From NCBI GenBank assembly GCA_024626585.2, contig JANKJI020000002.1, positions 248,488,723 through 248,508,827 on the forward strand: a DNA stretch of 20,105 bases, read 5' to 3'. Made by a program: the position numbers and the translations under genes. The notes under the pieces were generated by a model. It was not told the origin of the DNA and did not search any database. It saw only the letters and a program-made list of their open reading frames with translations. Source of the stretch: Ginkgo biloba (lineage: Eukaryota; Plantae; Ginkgophyta). Shown here one piece after another: positions 10,842 through 20,105 of the stretch. How positions within the stretch are numbered: the first letter of the stretch is position 1; each line of letters starts with the position of its first letter.

Positions 10842-11236
10842 ATTTGATAAGTCATAAGGGATAATAAAATATAAAGAAAATGGGAGAAACTTACAATAAA
10901 GTAATTTCTTGTGAAAGGAAATTCAAGTCACAACAAAAAGACAAGTTATGATAAGTACAAGATGTCTTGCAATTAGTCACAAGTTGCAATAATGTCACAA
11001 AGAAAGACAAGTTTTATGAAAGAGGTAAAATCCTGCGACAAAGGAATTTTGGCATTCTAATTCTATGAAGGAAGGAGTCATAAAGAATAAGGGTCGGATA
11101 GCAGTAGTATTGTTAAGTTTTTTTTGGTAAACTATGAAGAAAAGAAAAATCATATATAAATGATATTTTGTAAGAGAGTGCATAAAAAGGAAGAATGTGA
11201 TAAGTCTTATGAAAGGAGAAAAATTATATGTCAGCT

Positions 11237-11989
11237 AAAAGGGGGATGTTGTAGAGCATTAATAATTAAAAATATGACTAAGTCCTAATCATGTTTTGAA
11301 GTGTGAAAACTTTGTGTTGAAGATCGCAAAGAAGTACATAAAATTATAAAAATCTAGTTAAGTTGGGTAGTTAAACTTTGCTAATCACAAAAAAAATGCA
11401 AATATAGCAAAAGATTGGAAGTCACAAAAGAAGACATAAAAGATGAGAATTGGTTAAGTCTTACGATATTATAAAATCTTACACTAAATGTCAGAGAAAA
11501 AGTCAAAATCACAAAAAGTGAGAAAGTTAGTCAAAGCTTGCGATGTTGCAAATGGTTGCAATCGAGCACTGCAAAGAAGTTTAAAGTCATAGAGAATAAC
11601 ATGTTTTTCAAAACTTGTTATAATATTATGATAATGTAATTTGTTGTGCTCAATCGCAAGATATGACTAAATTTGAGATAAAATTAAAAAAATCAAAATG
11701 GTAAAAAGCTTTATGATAGTGTAAATTCATGTAATTAGACCTGAATTTTAAAAATATTATACGTATGATGCATCATATATGGTAAATAAGTAGTTAATGC
11801 ACCTAATTTAAATTTAGAAGTTATAAAAATCATAAATTAACATAAATTACTTATAAAGTATTCAAGAATTCAAATTATTGTAGCGACTAAGAGCACTTTT
11901 AAGAAAACTTAGTGATTGCAAGTGAAGTTTGAACATTTAGAGAGAGAAAATTTGAGGTAAATTTTAGTTTGACATGCACTGTTGAGAAA
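11237..11989 (+). mobile_element. Probable PPT and LTR of another LTR retrotransposon
   Basis: AAAAGGGGGA (11237-11246) is immediately followed by TGTTGTAG. The sequence is A-rich with recurring degenerate motifs; end not identifiable (gap). Confidence 0.5.
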
Positions 11990-12468
11990 NNNNNNNNNNT
12001 TTATTAGTAGGAGTGAAATTTATGTTAAATTTTATTTGGATCTAATTAAGAAATGTGTTAAAATGGAGTTGTATAAAAATGTTGTGGTAGATGATGGTAT
12101 CCTAAAAGATTGGGAGAAATATAAAAAAGTGGTGACAAAAATAGTGTGGTGAAAGCATGCTAATATGACACCGTCTTAAGGAAAATGACATGAAAAATCA
12201 AGGTCAATTTTTTTTCGATCGAACAAAAGCTCGAGCACATAAGTTGTTCAGTCNNNNNNNNNNNNNNNNNNNNNNNNNNNNNNNNNNNNNNNNNNNNNNN
12301 NNNNNNNNNNNTTAAATATACAAAGCAATTGTTCGATCCCATAATTTGTTTGATCTAATAAATTTTACACTTTTTTTTTTGTGTGATTTTTCTCCCACGG
12401 TACATTTTTCTTGGGAATGGGCACAAAAAAGAAAAAAAGTGACAAAAATTAAGCCCAAATATTATTTG

Positions 12469-12504
12469 ATCCCATAATTTATTCAATTGAATAAATTATA
12501 GGAT
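12469..12504. repeat. 36-bp near-perfect palindrome
   Basis: ATCCCATAATTTATTCAATTGAATAAATTATAGGAT: perfect 26-bp core (12474-12499) with one mismatch in the extension. Related copies at 12336-12365 and 12211-12228. Confidence 0.9.
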
Positions 12505-13399
12505 TTAAAAATTTCTCCATTGATTCAAATTTTTAAATATCGATCCCGCATTGCCACNNNNNNNNNNNNNNNNNNNNNNNNNNNNNNNNNNNNNNNNNNN
12601 NNNNNNNNNNNNNNNNNNNNNNNNNNNNNNNNNNNNNNNNNNNNNNNNNNNNNNNNNACGGACCTTCCCAAGTGCTTTCAAACTTTCCTAAATGTTTGTC
12701 TAGTCCATATTAGAGTTCACAAAGACTTTAAAGAATTCTCCCTTTATTAGGTGTACAATTACTTCAAGCCAAAAATAAACATTTACAACAACAAAATGGA
12801 TGAATTATCTAATATATAGGAGTAAAAGATGGCATATGTGGGTAATTATTAATTTAAGGATCAAGTCAAACTTTCTTAAAAAATAAGGTAACTCATTGAA
12901 TAAGTGACCTATCATTATGTTTACCTCCTTTGGACCCACCTCCAATAATCTTGGTACAAGATCTAAGAGGTTGAAGGTAGATTCCCACCTAGCCATTGCC
13001 ACAACCCTCCTCCAACAACTATATTAGGAGCATAAACATAAATAAATCCTTAGCATTTGTTGTCAACATTAAAGAGGGCCCATACTATTATACTTTGGGG
13101 GTGAGGGCCCTACTTAGTAATCAAATTTTTAAAGAGATAGAAATAAGAGACACCTCTCTTCTCCTTTGAATTTTTAGAGGGAAATATATAAGCACCTGAT
13201 CAAATAGAATTGTGAGTCATTTTAATTTTTAACCCTATGACCTTGACCTATTCAAGGCAAAGCACATCTAGATTATAAAGTTAAATTTGAATCTCCCAAT
13301 AAAGTTTTTACAATAAGCTATTACTAGGCCTCTCACATTTCAACTTATATCATTGTGAATATTAGATTTTTCTTATGTCCATATCACATTATCATACTC

Positions 13400-15344
13400 T
13401 TCCTTATCTTCTAGAAAGGATATGCTCCATTTTTTAAATAAAAGTACTACTTTAGTATTTTACTTTGAGATTCAAAGCAATCATCTAGAGTGGTTGGTTG
13501 TTTATTACCTCTATGCAAAAATTGGACAAACAAGGGAGTAATTATTTGTAATAGAGGAGGTGGATATCTTACCCTGGCCTTGGAGGATTTACTAAATTGA
13601 GAGATTTTACTACCCTACTCATATTTTTACATGGAAATCTTAGCATTATGTTTGATAGGGAGTTTATTTTTAATATATGATCACTACTTTTTTATACAAT
13701 TGTATTGTTCCTAAGAGGATTAGTTGACCTAGTAGATCCATCAAATTTGTAGGGTAATACTTCTAGTCTTAGTTTTCACTCTCTACTAAGATTAATCCTT
13801 ATAGGAAGGATAAGACTCATTACTAGTTATCTTAACTTACTCCTTTACTATACCATATATGATTTGTCAACTTATAGAGTTCGGAATACAAACTCCTTAT
13901 TTATTAAGGGTTGATCCTTAATTTTATGTTATGAACTTTGGCACATGATAAAAGTATTAGGGATACTTGTGCATTTTCATGTAAGTAAAATCTCTACATT
14001 GAATGGTAATTTCATTCTTTGGAAAAGTCTACTTCAACTCAAACTCCTATATTAGACCTTCAATATTAAAGGCTTTGAGGCTTATAACACATATATGTCC
14101 TAATGAATGTTACAATTGAGATAGAAAAATTCTTGAAGGGTATTTTTGCCCTATGGAATACAACCTAAATAGAGTAAGTGGATGTTATAGATTATACCAC
14201 GAAAAATCACAATAAGATTTATTGTACACATCTAAGGACCTCTAATAAGTTTATATTTTCTCATCTTAGGAGTTTTAAAACTGAAAGGAAAGAGAAAAAA
14301 ATGAGACCTTTAGTAAGGTATTGCATGGATATGATTTTCCATCCAAATATCTCCCATGCTTCATAAATCTAAGACCTCAACATAGATTTAAGTTGAGGAC
14401 AACCAAGGAAATACCATTAATTTTCTTATGAAATAATATTATACATAAGAAAATTAAAATTATTTGGGTCTATAATTGCATCAAGAGAAAATAATATCGA
14501 ACCACTTATTCCAAAGTTTCTTATTCTTATGTTTTTTTGGAGAAAATTTTTCTTTATGTTGCATGTAAAAATTTATCTTGATAATTTATCCAATGGGTAG
14601 TATCAGTTATGGGATTTCTACTATTTCTTTTTCAACCTATTAAGAAAGAGTGAAATACTTTCTCTTAAAGTTATGTGGTTGTTTTTTCTTTCAAATAATC
14701 TACTCAATTTTTCTTTTAAAATTTTTCAACTATTAGGTAGTCTATTGGCAGTATTTTATGTTTTGGATGGCTTAAGTGGATTATGAGAAGGCCTTGTGGA
14801 TGTGCATATTTAAGAATTTTCACTATTTGGTGTCCTTCTCCATCAATAGTTTTCATTGTAGAGAAACTTCCTTTATCAATTTTTATTATTGGACTTTGCT
14901 CTCGTTTCTCATTTGTTGGACCTATTAAAATTGGAATTAGATTTGGAGGTTTCTATATTGTGGGGATTTATGGTATTCCCTCTTTGATCCCAACCTTATA
15001 TAGTATTATTATTCTTGTAGTAATTACTATATACATTATTTAAGGTTTGGTTCTAGTGCTTATGTTCCTCGCAATTCCTTATTCGGTGGCATTCTTTAAG
15101 GATATGGAGCTTCTTAAGGAGCTTTAGCACAATGGTGGATGCAGGTTGTTGCTAGCTAAGAAGAAGGCTTTAATTTATCGAATATATCAGAGGAGAAATC
15201 TATATGTTACTTTTCTTCCAATTCTCAGACATCAAGGAAGCCACATCTAACTTCTCATCTTCTAAAATCATTGGAGAAATAGTTTTTGGTATTATTTATA
15301 GGGGTTCCCTTCTAGATGGATCTCATATCACCGTTAAGATCAAA
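13400..15344 (+). pseudogene. Highly degenerate LRR receptor-like kinase, truncated after kinase subdomain II
   Basis: LRR N-cap-like PLCKNWTNKGVIICN (13508-13552); scattered LRR remnants (SNL*GN, LIGRI, YDLS, NNIEPLIP); C-cap-like FVGPI..GIRFG.F....YGIPSL (~14912-14986); a hydrophobic TM stretch; clear kinase start FQFSDIKEATSNFSSSKIIGEIVFGIIYRGSLLDGSHITVK (15216-15338). The kinase part is strong, the LRR extent approximate. Confidence 0.75.
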
Positions 15345-15399
15345 ACTTACTTCCCCTTAAAGCGCTACTAGGTTGTAGTGATACCAGAAGTAAAATTTA

Positions 15400-15755
15400 C
15401 ATAGTAAGGTGGTTATGTATGTTGTCGATGGAGGGAAATAAAATTGAAATTATCACTGGTGCAATAAATAAGATTGATATCTGGTAAAATTATATTTGGC
15501 TCTCACAATGAAGTTGGCCCCCACACGATAAACCAAATTCAATAGGCTCGATGAATGTTAGTTGTAGAAAGTTATAAAGTCTTAAGAAAGAATCTATTAT
15601 GGAAAATATGTCCACCCATTTTTAGTGACATCAATGGAGATTTCAAATATTATTGATGAGAAGATATTATTTAGCTTCATAGAAGGGTTAGAAAATAAAT
15701 CTAACATTCATGTTCTCAAAACATGACTTGTGACCTACTTGGATGTGGCTCTGTA
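15400..15755 (+). pseudogene. Retrotransposon gag fragment
   Basis: IEIITGAINKIDIW*NY...IQ*AR*ML, then in a shifted frame KYVHPFLVTSMEISNIIDEKILFSFIEGLE, resembling the I.TW..F / AR..L / F.F..GL pattern of Retrotrans_gag. Confidence 0.6.
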
Positions 15756-16541
15756 GTTATGTATATTTGGAATTGTAATGTAATTTGGTAAAAGCNNNNN
15801 NNNNNGTCAAAATCTTATAGAAGAAGAATATCCACTTGAATATTCAAAGAGAATTTAAATGTAAAGTTTAGGTTCAAAAAGGTAGGATAGGTGTTTGTGT
15901 AAATTATTATAGACACCTCAAAGTTAAGGAGGTGAAATCTAAGAGATTAAATATTATGCAAAGGTTTGAAGTTCGTCCGTAAAATGTAATTAGCTCCAAG
16001 AATATGTGTTATGTGATACCATTACTTGTGTTATATCCTTATGCAATTCTATGATTAGATATAGTATAATTGAGTTAATTATCATTTCGTATGTTCTTTA
16101 TGCAATTGAATCTATGATTTTGTTTAAGATTAGATTCATAAATTTTAATAATTAAATGTTATGAATTAGATACATTGAATGCCTACATAATAGTTTTATT
16201 GTCAATGATTCCAAATACAAAATCAAGTGTAANNNNNNNNNNNNNNNNNNNNNNNNNNNNNNNNNNNNNNNNNNNNNNNNNNNNNNNNNNNNNNNNNNNN
16301 NNNNNNNNNNNNNNNNNNNNNNNNNNNNNNNNCTATTTGATGGTCGTTCTCCTCTTTCTTTCTGGCAGTCTCTTGACCTTCTCCACCTATATTGGGGTTG
16401 ATTTTGCATTAAATCTTGATGGATCTAGTGCCTATTGGTCTCTGCAATTCGTCATCTCTATACTTTGGGATAAAGTCAACTAAATTTACTAAAAGAAAAT
16501 AATAAAAAATACTTGAAAATGCAAAATATTGGACTTCTAAA

Positions 16542-16853
16542 CCGTATACCCAGGGCTATGGAACAAACACTACAGCTATTAGCACCATACTTTTTAATAA
16601 TGGACTGAACTACGATTCATGCTACAAAATGAAATCCAATGACGATCCTCGATGGTGTTTGCAAATTTCAATCAAAGGCTTCAACAACAGATGGCCACAC
16701 ATTTTGGGGCAAATTCGACAAAGAAACTCCTATATCAATGGGCATATCCTCTAATTTTAAGTAACCACCAACGATGGCAAGATTGCAACTTATTATAATG
16801 TCGCTCCTTCCAATTAGCAATTTGGCCAAACATTCGAAGGAGGCCAATTCTAA
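16542..16853 (+). pseudogene. EXPA: Alpha-expansin pseudogene fragment with large internal deletion
   Basis: One frame: PYTQGYGTNTTAISTILFNNGLNYDSCYKMKSNDDPRWCL-QISIKGFNNRW...GQ..QRNSYINGHIL*F*VTTNDGKIATYYNVAPSN*QFGQTFEGGQF*. It ends at the native EXPA C-terminus and has 3 internal stops. Confidence 0.95.
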
Positions 16854-16865
16854 GAAAAAAATGAG

Positions 16866-17015
16866 TTGAGTCCTTTTTGTGAGAACCTTGTAGTTAAGAG
16901 TTTTTTTGAAAGCATTGAAAGCGTCGAATCCTCGAGTCTCAATCATTCCTCTTTATAAGGTTGCACGAAGTTTCATACGGTACAATCTTCTTTAAATTCA
17001 TCTCTATCAGGCTGT
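16866..17015 (+). pseudogene. Possible NLR-type leucine-rich repeat fragment
   Basis: LSPFCENLVVKSFFESIESVESSSLNHSSL*GCTKF....SSLNSSLSGC resembles the LxxLxLxGCxxL / PESI repeats of plant NLRs; short and degenerate. Confidence 0.35.
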
Positions 17016-17024
17016 GCAGGTAGC

Positions 17025-17470
17025 CTTGTATTAGTTCTTGTAAAATCGTCTCCTTACCTCCTCGCTCAAATGCTGAGCCCACACAATATGAAGCTTGAGA
17101 AGCCCACATGGAATTTTCAAGTAAGCTACCACTCCAAGAATTATAAGAGATGACATCTCAATTATGGTCACTGCCTAGCAGGTTTCCTTCTTATGAATCT
17201 CTATAAAATGCCAAAATAAGCACCCATCTGACTACTGGCTAGATTCAAAATACAAAAAGAAAAGAGAATAAAAAATACTTACTAGATTTAGGCTTATGGG
17301 TCATGCCAACCTTATATCCCATAAAAGTCATTAGCTTGCATGCCATTTACTAAATCAATTCATGGTGTGTAATAGAAACAGGAAGATTAAATTTCTTCTC
17401 CACTAAAATTATTTATTCCAGCGAGCCATACCTGGGATGCTTGACCTTCCTCAAACTTTTTGTAACTCAT
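17025..17470 (-). pseudogene. RPL3: 60S ribosomal protein L3 (uL3) 5' gene fragment, intron-containing
   Basis: ATG at 17470: MSYKKFE[10-nt insertion]HPRYGSL; then CKLMTFMGYKVGMTH-KPKS (17340-17283); GT-AG intron 17282-17201; [57 protein letters not shown]. Confidence 0.96.
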
Positions 17471-17535
17471 TTGCGCCTCCTCTTTGCTTCTGATATTCCT
17501 CTTGTCAAACTACAATTTCATGTTTCCCTAATAAA

Positions 17536-17543
17536 AAACCCTA
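17536..17543. promoter_or_regulatory. Telo-box upstream of the RPL3 fragment
   Basis: AAACCCTA lies ~66 nt upstream of the RPL3 ATG; telo-boxes are typical of plant ribosomal protein gene 5' regions. Confidence 0.6.
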
Positions 17544-17574
17544 GATCTCATCAAATCCTATTTCACATTATCCT

Positions 17575-18075
17575 CACTGCTTCAACAATGCAAATCAAAG
17601 CTACATCCATTAACTAAAGAATTTGATCGATCATACTCTCGGCTTTACCAGGAAAATATTTTCTAACCCTTCCAATGCAATATTTAGTGGGTTTCTTATT
17701 CATCATTAGCTCCAGCAATAGCACACCATAGTTATAAACCTCTGAGAAGACCATTAATATTAGAAAATTTCAACCATAACCAGAACTAAGAACCAAGCTG
17801 TAATTAAAAGATAATTTTTAAAATGGTTAATCAGCAATATGGGCATCAATATGGAAATCAATAATAAGCTGAATCCTGCACTTGGCCATTGCCTGTGAAA
17901 TATGATGGGAATTCTGCAACCTGCAATACAATGCATAGACATTGGGGTTTATTTGGGTCTCAAGGCTTCCATTGCCCCCAAAACTATGAGAAAAAATTAT
18001 TTTTCCATTTGATAATGCAAGAAAAATTTGGAGATCACATTCATTTTGTCGTGCTTCATTTGCACCATTTTTTTT
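17575..18075 (-). pseudogene. Receptor-like kinase catalytic domain remnant (subdomains ~III-XI), heavily deleted
   Basis: Ordered motifs across frameshifts: NGSLE (V), GCRIPIIFHR (VIb), LIIDFHIDAHIAD (VII), EVYNYGVLLLELMMNKKPT (IX, 17742-17686), MDVALICI (XI, 17610-17587). Confidence 0.85.
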
Positions 18076-18179
18076 AATTNNNNNNNNNNNNNNNNNNNNN
18101 NNNNNNNNNNNNNNNNNNNNNNNNNNNNNNNNNNNNNNNNNNNNNNNNNNNNNNNNNNNNNNNNNNNNNNNNNNNNNNN

Positions 18180-18375
18180 TCACATGAATCATTTAAGGTG
18201 GGGGATATGGTTTATCTCTGAATGGACAAGAGACAATGTGCTAAATCCTCCCCTTCGCATTAAACCATTCTAAGTTTTGGGGAAGATAAATAAAGTAGCC
18301 TACATATTGTAGTTAACAATGTATGTGAAGATGCACCCTATTATTCATGTTGTCCTTTTTAAGATGGCTTTATCC
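18180..18375 (+). pseudogene. Gypsy integrase GPF-region fragment
   Basis: FKVGDMVYL*...CAKSSP, frameshift, PF*VLGKINKVAYIL*LTMYVKMHPIIHVVLFKMAL. Confidence 0.85.
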
Positions 18376-19049
18376 AAGCATATGTATTGACAACTTTTGT
18401 GGATGCACAAGAAGTTGAGCAAGAAGTGCATGATCCAATAGTAGAAAAGCCAAGTGAATCTTATCTTGGGTAATTGTGAAAAAGGAAAAGTTTTCTTATA
18501 TAGCTAATACTTGTGTATTACAATAGATGATGAGTTCATTAAGAAAAGTGGTGAAGAGGGAGAAAAAGGTAAAGAGAAGTGCCCAAGATATGATTCAATA
18601 TAGAATGCCTCCAATAGGACATTGTCATTTGTTATATTTGAGCTATAGAAGAGTACTGGGAGAGAGGGGCATCTTCAAGGATAGGTCTAACCCTCTCCTA
18701 AGAGGTTGTGCCCAATTTTTCTTGCATACAGAGTTTGCAACGGCTTTAGCAACTCTTTCTACATCCTTTTACTCTTCTAATGCCGAGAGCTTCGTTCTAT
18801 CATTCTATTCATGCCTTACAGACCATTCTTTGCTTACTCTACATTGATATTTTTCTTTGTTGATTTTTTGCATGCTAATAAAACACTTTTGTCCCAGAAA
18901 GTAATGAAGTACAAAAGCTATTTTGCACATCTCAAAGTCCAAACTTCATCTCCAAACCAAGGCACCTCATTTGGAGGATTTTCATCAAATAAGGTTTGTT
19001 GTCTGATGCTACAAAAGACCTAGAAGGGTGATGCAAGCTTTCTAACAAG

Positions 19050-19620
19050 GCTACATTATGCTTTTAAATATAGTTTTGCAAACTTTTGAGGATTGCATAA
19101 GGAAGTCATGTTGCTCTATAGAGGCATGCAACCTTTTATGTGCACAAGTTGTAGAATCTATAAGTATTATGTAAATCCTAATGTTCTTGCAATGTTTTTC
19201 AGTTATCATAAATTAATGTAATTTTCTACAGTTTTACACAAAAATATATTTTCTAGTTTTGTTATGGATATTTTATGGTTGAAATTCTTATATATTGATA
19301 AATAGCTTATACAATGTAGGGTGTCCGTAATCATGGGATTAAATTGCTACTTTTATATGTAATTAATGCTCTCATAATGATGGATACTTGTGCTAATTGC
19401 AAAAATGTTGTTCTATTTACAATTATATAGAAATATGCTTTAATTGACGAAAAAAAAATCTAAAGACTTGTTAGGACAATTTAGTTTTAACTGAAGACTT
19501 ATTGCAATACCAGACACTGGCACTATGGGCACCTCTGTATGAAAATTCTTTCGGCCCTAAACATACATATTTATAGTGACTAGTAGTGGATTGAAATATA
19601 TTTGATGGAATGGAGTTGTT
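19050..19620 (+). pseudogene. Possible PLS-class PPR gene remnant
   Basis: GLHKEVMLLYRGMQ (19090-19131), HGIKLLLLYVINALIMMDTCANCKNV (~19332-19409) and IFIVTSSGLK echo the PPR motifs G..EEAL.L...MQ and V.NALIDMYAKCG. Confidence 0.4.
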
Positions 19621-20105
19621 GATCTTAATTATTCTCTATCTACTGATTCTAAGGTCTATTATTACAACACTATCTCTTTTGACCATACTAGTGGTTTTTT
19701 AGCCTAGAGTTTGTTCTTGCATCATTTGGGATTTATGATACCAGATATTAATATAAATAAATATGCAACTAGTGGCAATGTATGCCCTAGCTACTAGGGT
19801 TGTCCCAACATTGAAGAGGGATTAAAATAGACCTATGCCTACCATCTTTACTAGTGTAGAATTTGAGGGGTTGAGTCCATCAAATTGTCAATAGAAGCAA
19901 GGCATTGATGGCTACCTACATAGTAGACCCTTTTAGGTGGTCTCCACATTGAACAAGTACTTGATATCCATACTACAAGTCAACTTTGGTTGGACAATTT
20001 CTCTTACTGAAACTTGAAATTTAAAACATTCTATTTTCTATTTGCATAAATTAATATCAATAAATATCTACAATGTGTCCACTATAACAATATTGCATTT
20101 TAATA

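Noticed and set aside
12805-13002. 65-aa minus-strand ORF
   Set aside because: No motif or context support.
15381-15388. TGATACCA as minus-strand tRNA-Met PBS (also near 16014 and 19736)
   Set aside because: Only 8 nt match TGGTATCAGAGC, and the orientation is opposite to the adjacent gag fragment.
16668-16946. 92-aa minus-strand ORF
   Set aside because: Antisense to the expansin pseudogene; no recognisable motif.
18527-18847. 106-aa ORF with FKDRSNPL, reminiscent of Harbinger nuclease N-termini
   Set aside because: A single short motif with no DDE domain following; likely chance.
19786-19800. CCCTAG-CTA-CTAGGG hairpin as Helitron 3' end
   Set aside because: The stem is only 6 bp and no CTRR follows at the expected distance; nearby CTAGT sites lack an upstream GC hairpin.

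Overview
This is AT-rich, CpG-poor plant nuclear DNA with many assembly gaps; a gymnosperm origin is inferred from the retroelement types but not proven. I can support no intact protein-coding gene. The first ~12.7 kb is a nest of decayed transposons: several Ty3/gypsy chromovirus pieces with polypurine-tract (PPT)/LTR boundaries, an L1-type LINE, and a ~340-bp array of alternating inverted 14-mers. From ~13.4 to 19.6 kb lies a dense mosaic of broken host-gene fragments that the ORF track mostly misses because of stops: an LRR receptor kinase, an internally deleted alpha-expansin, the 5' part of RPL3 with an intact intron and telo-box, a kinase C-terminal part, and probable NLR-LRR and PPR pieces. 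All calls come from manual translation and recalled family consensus motifs; no searches were run.
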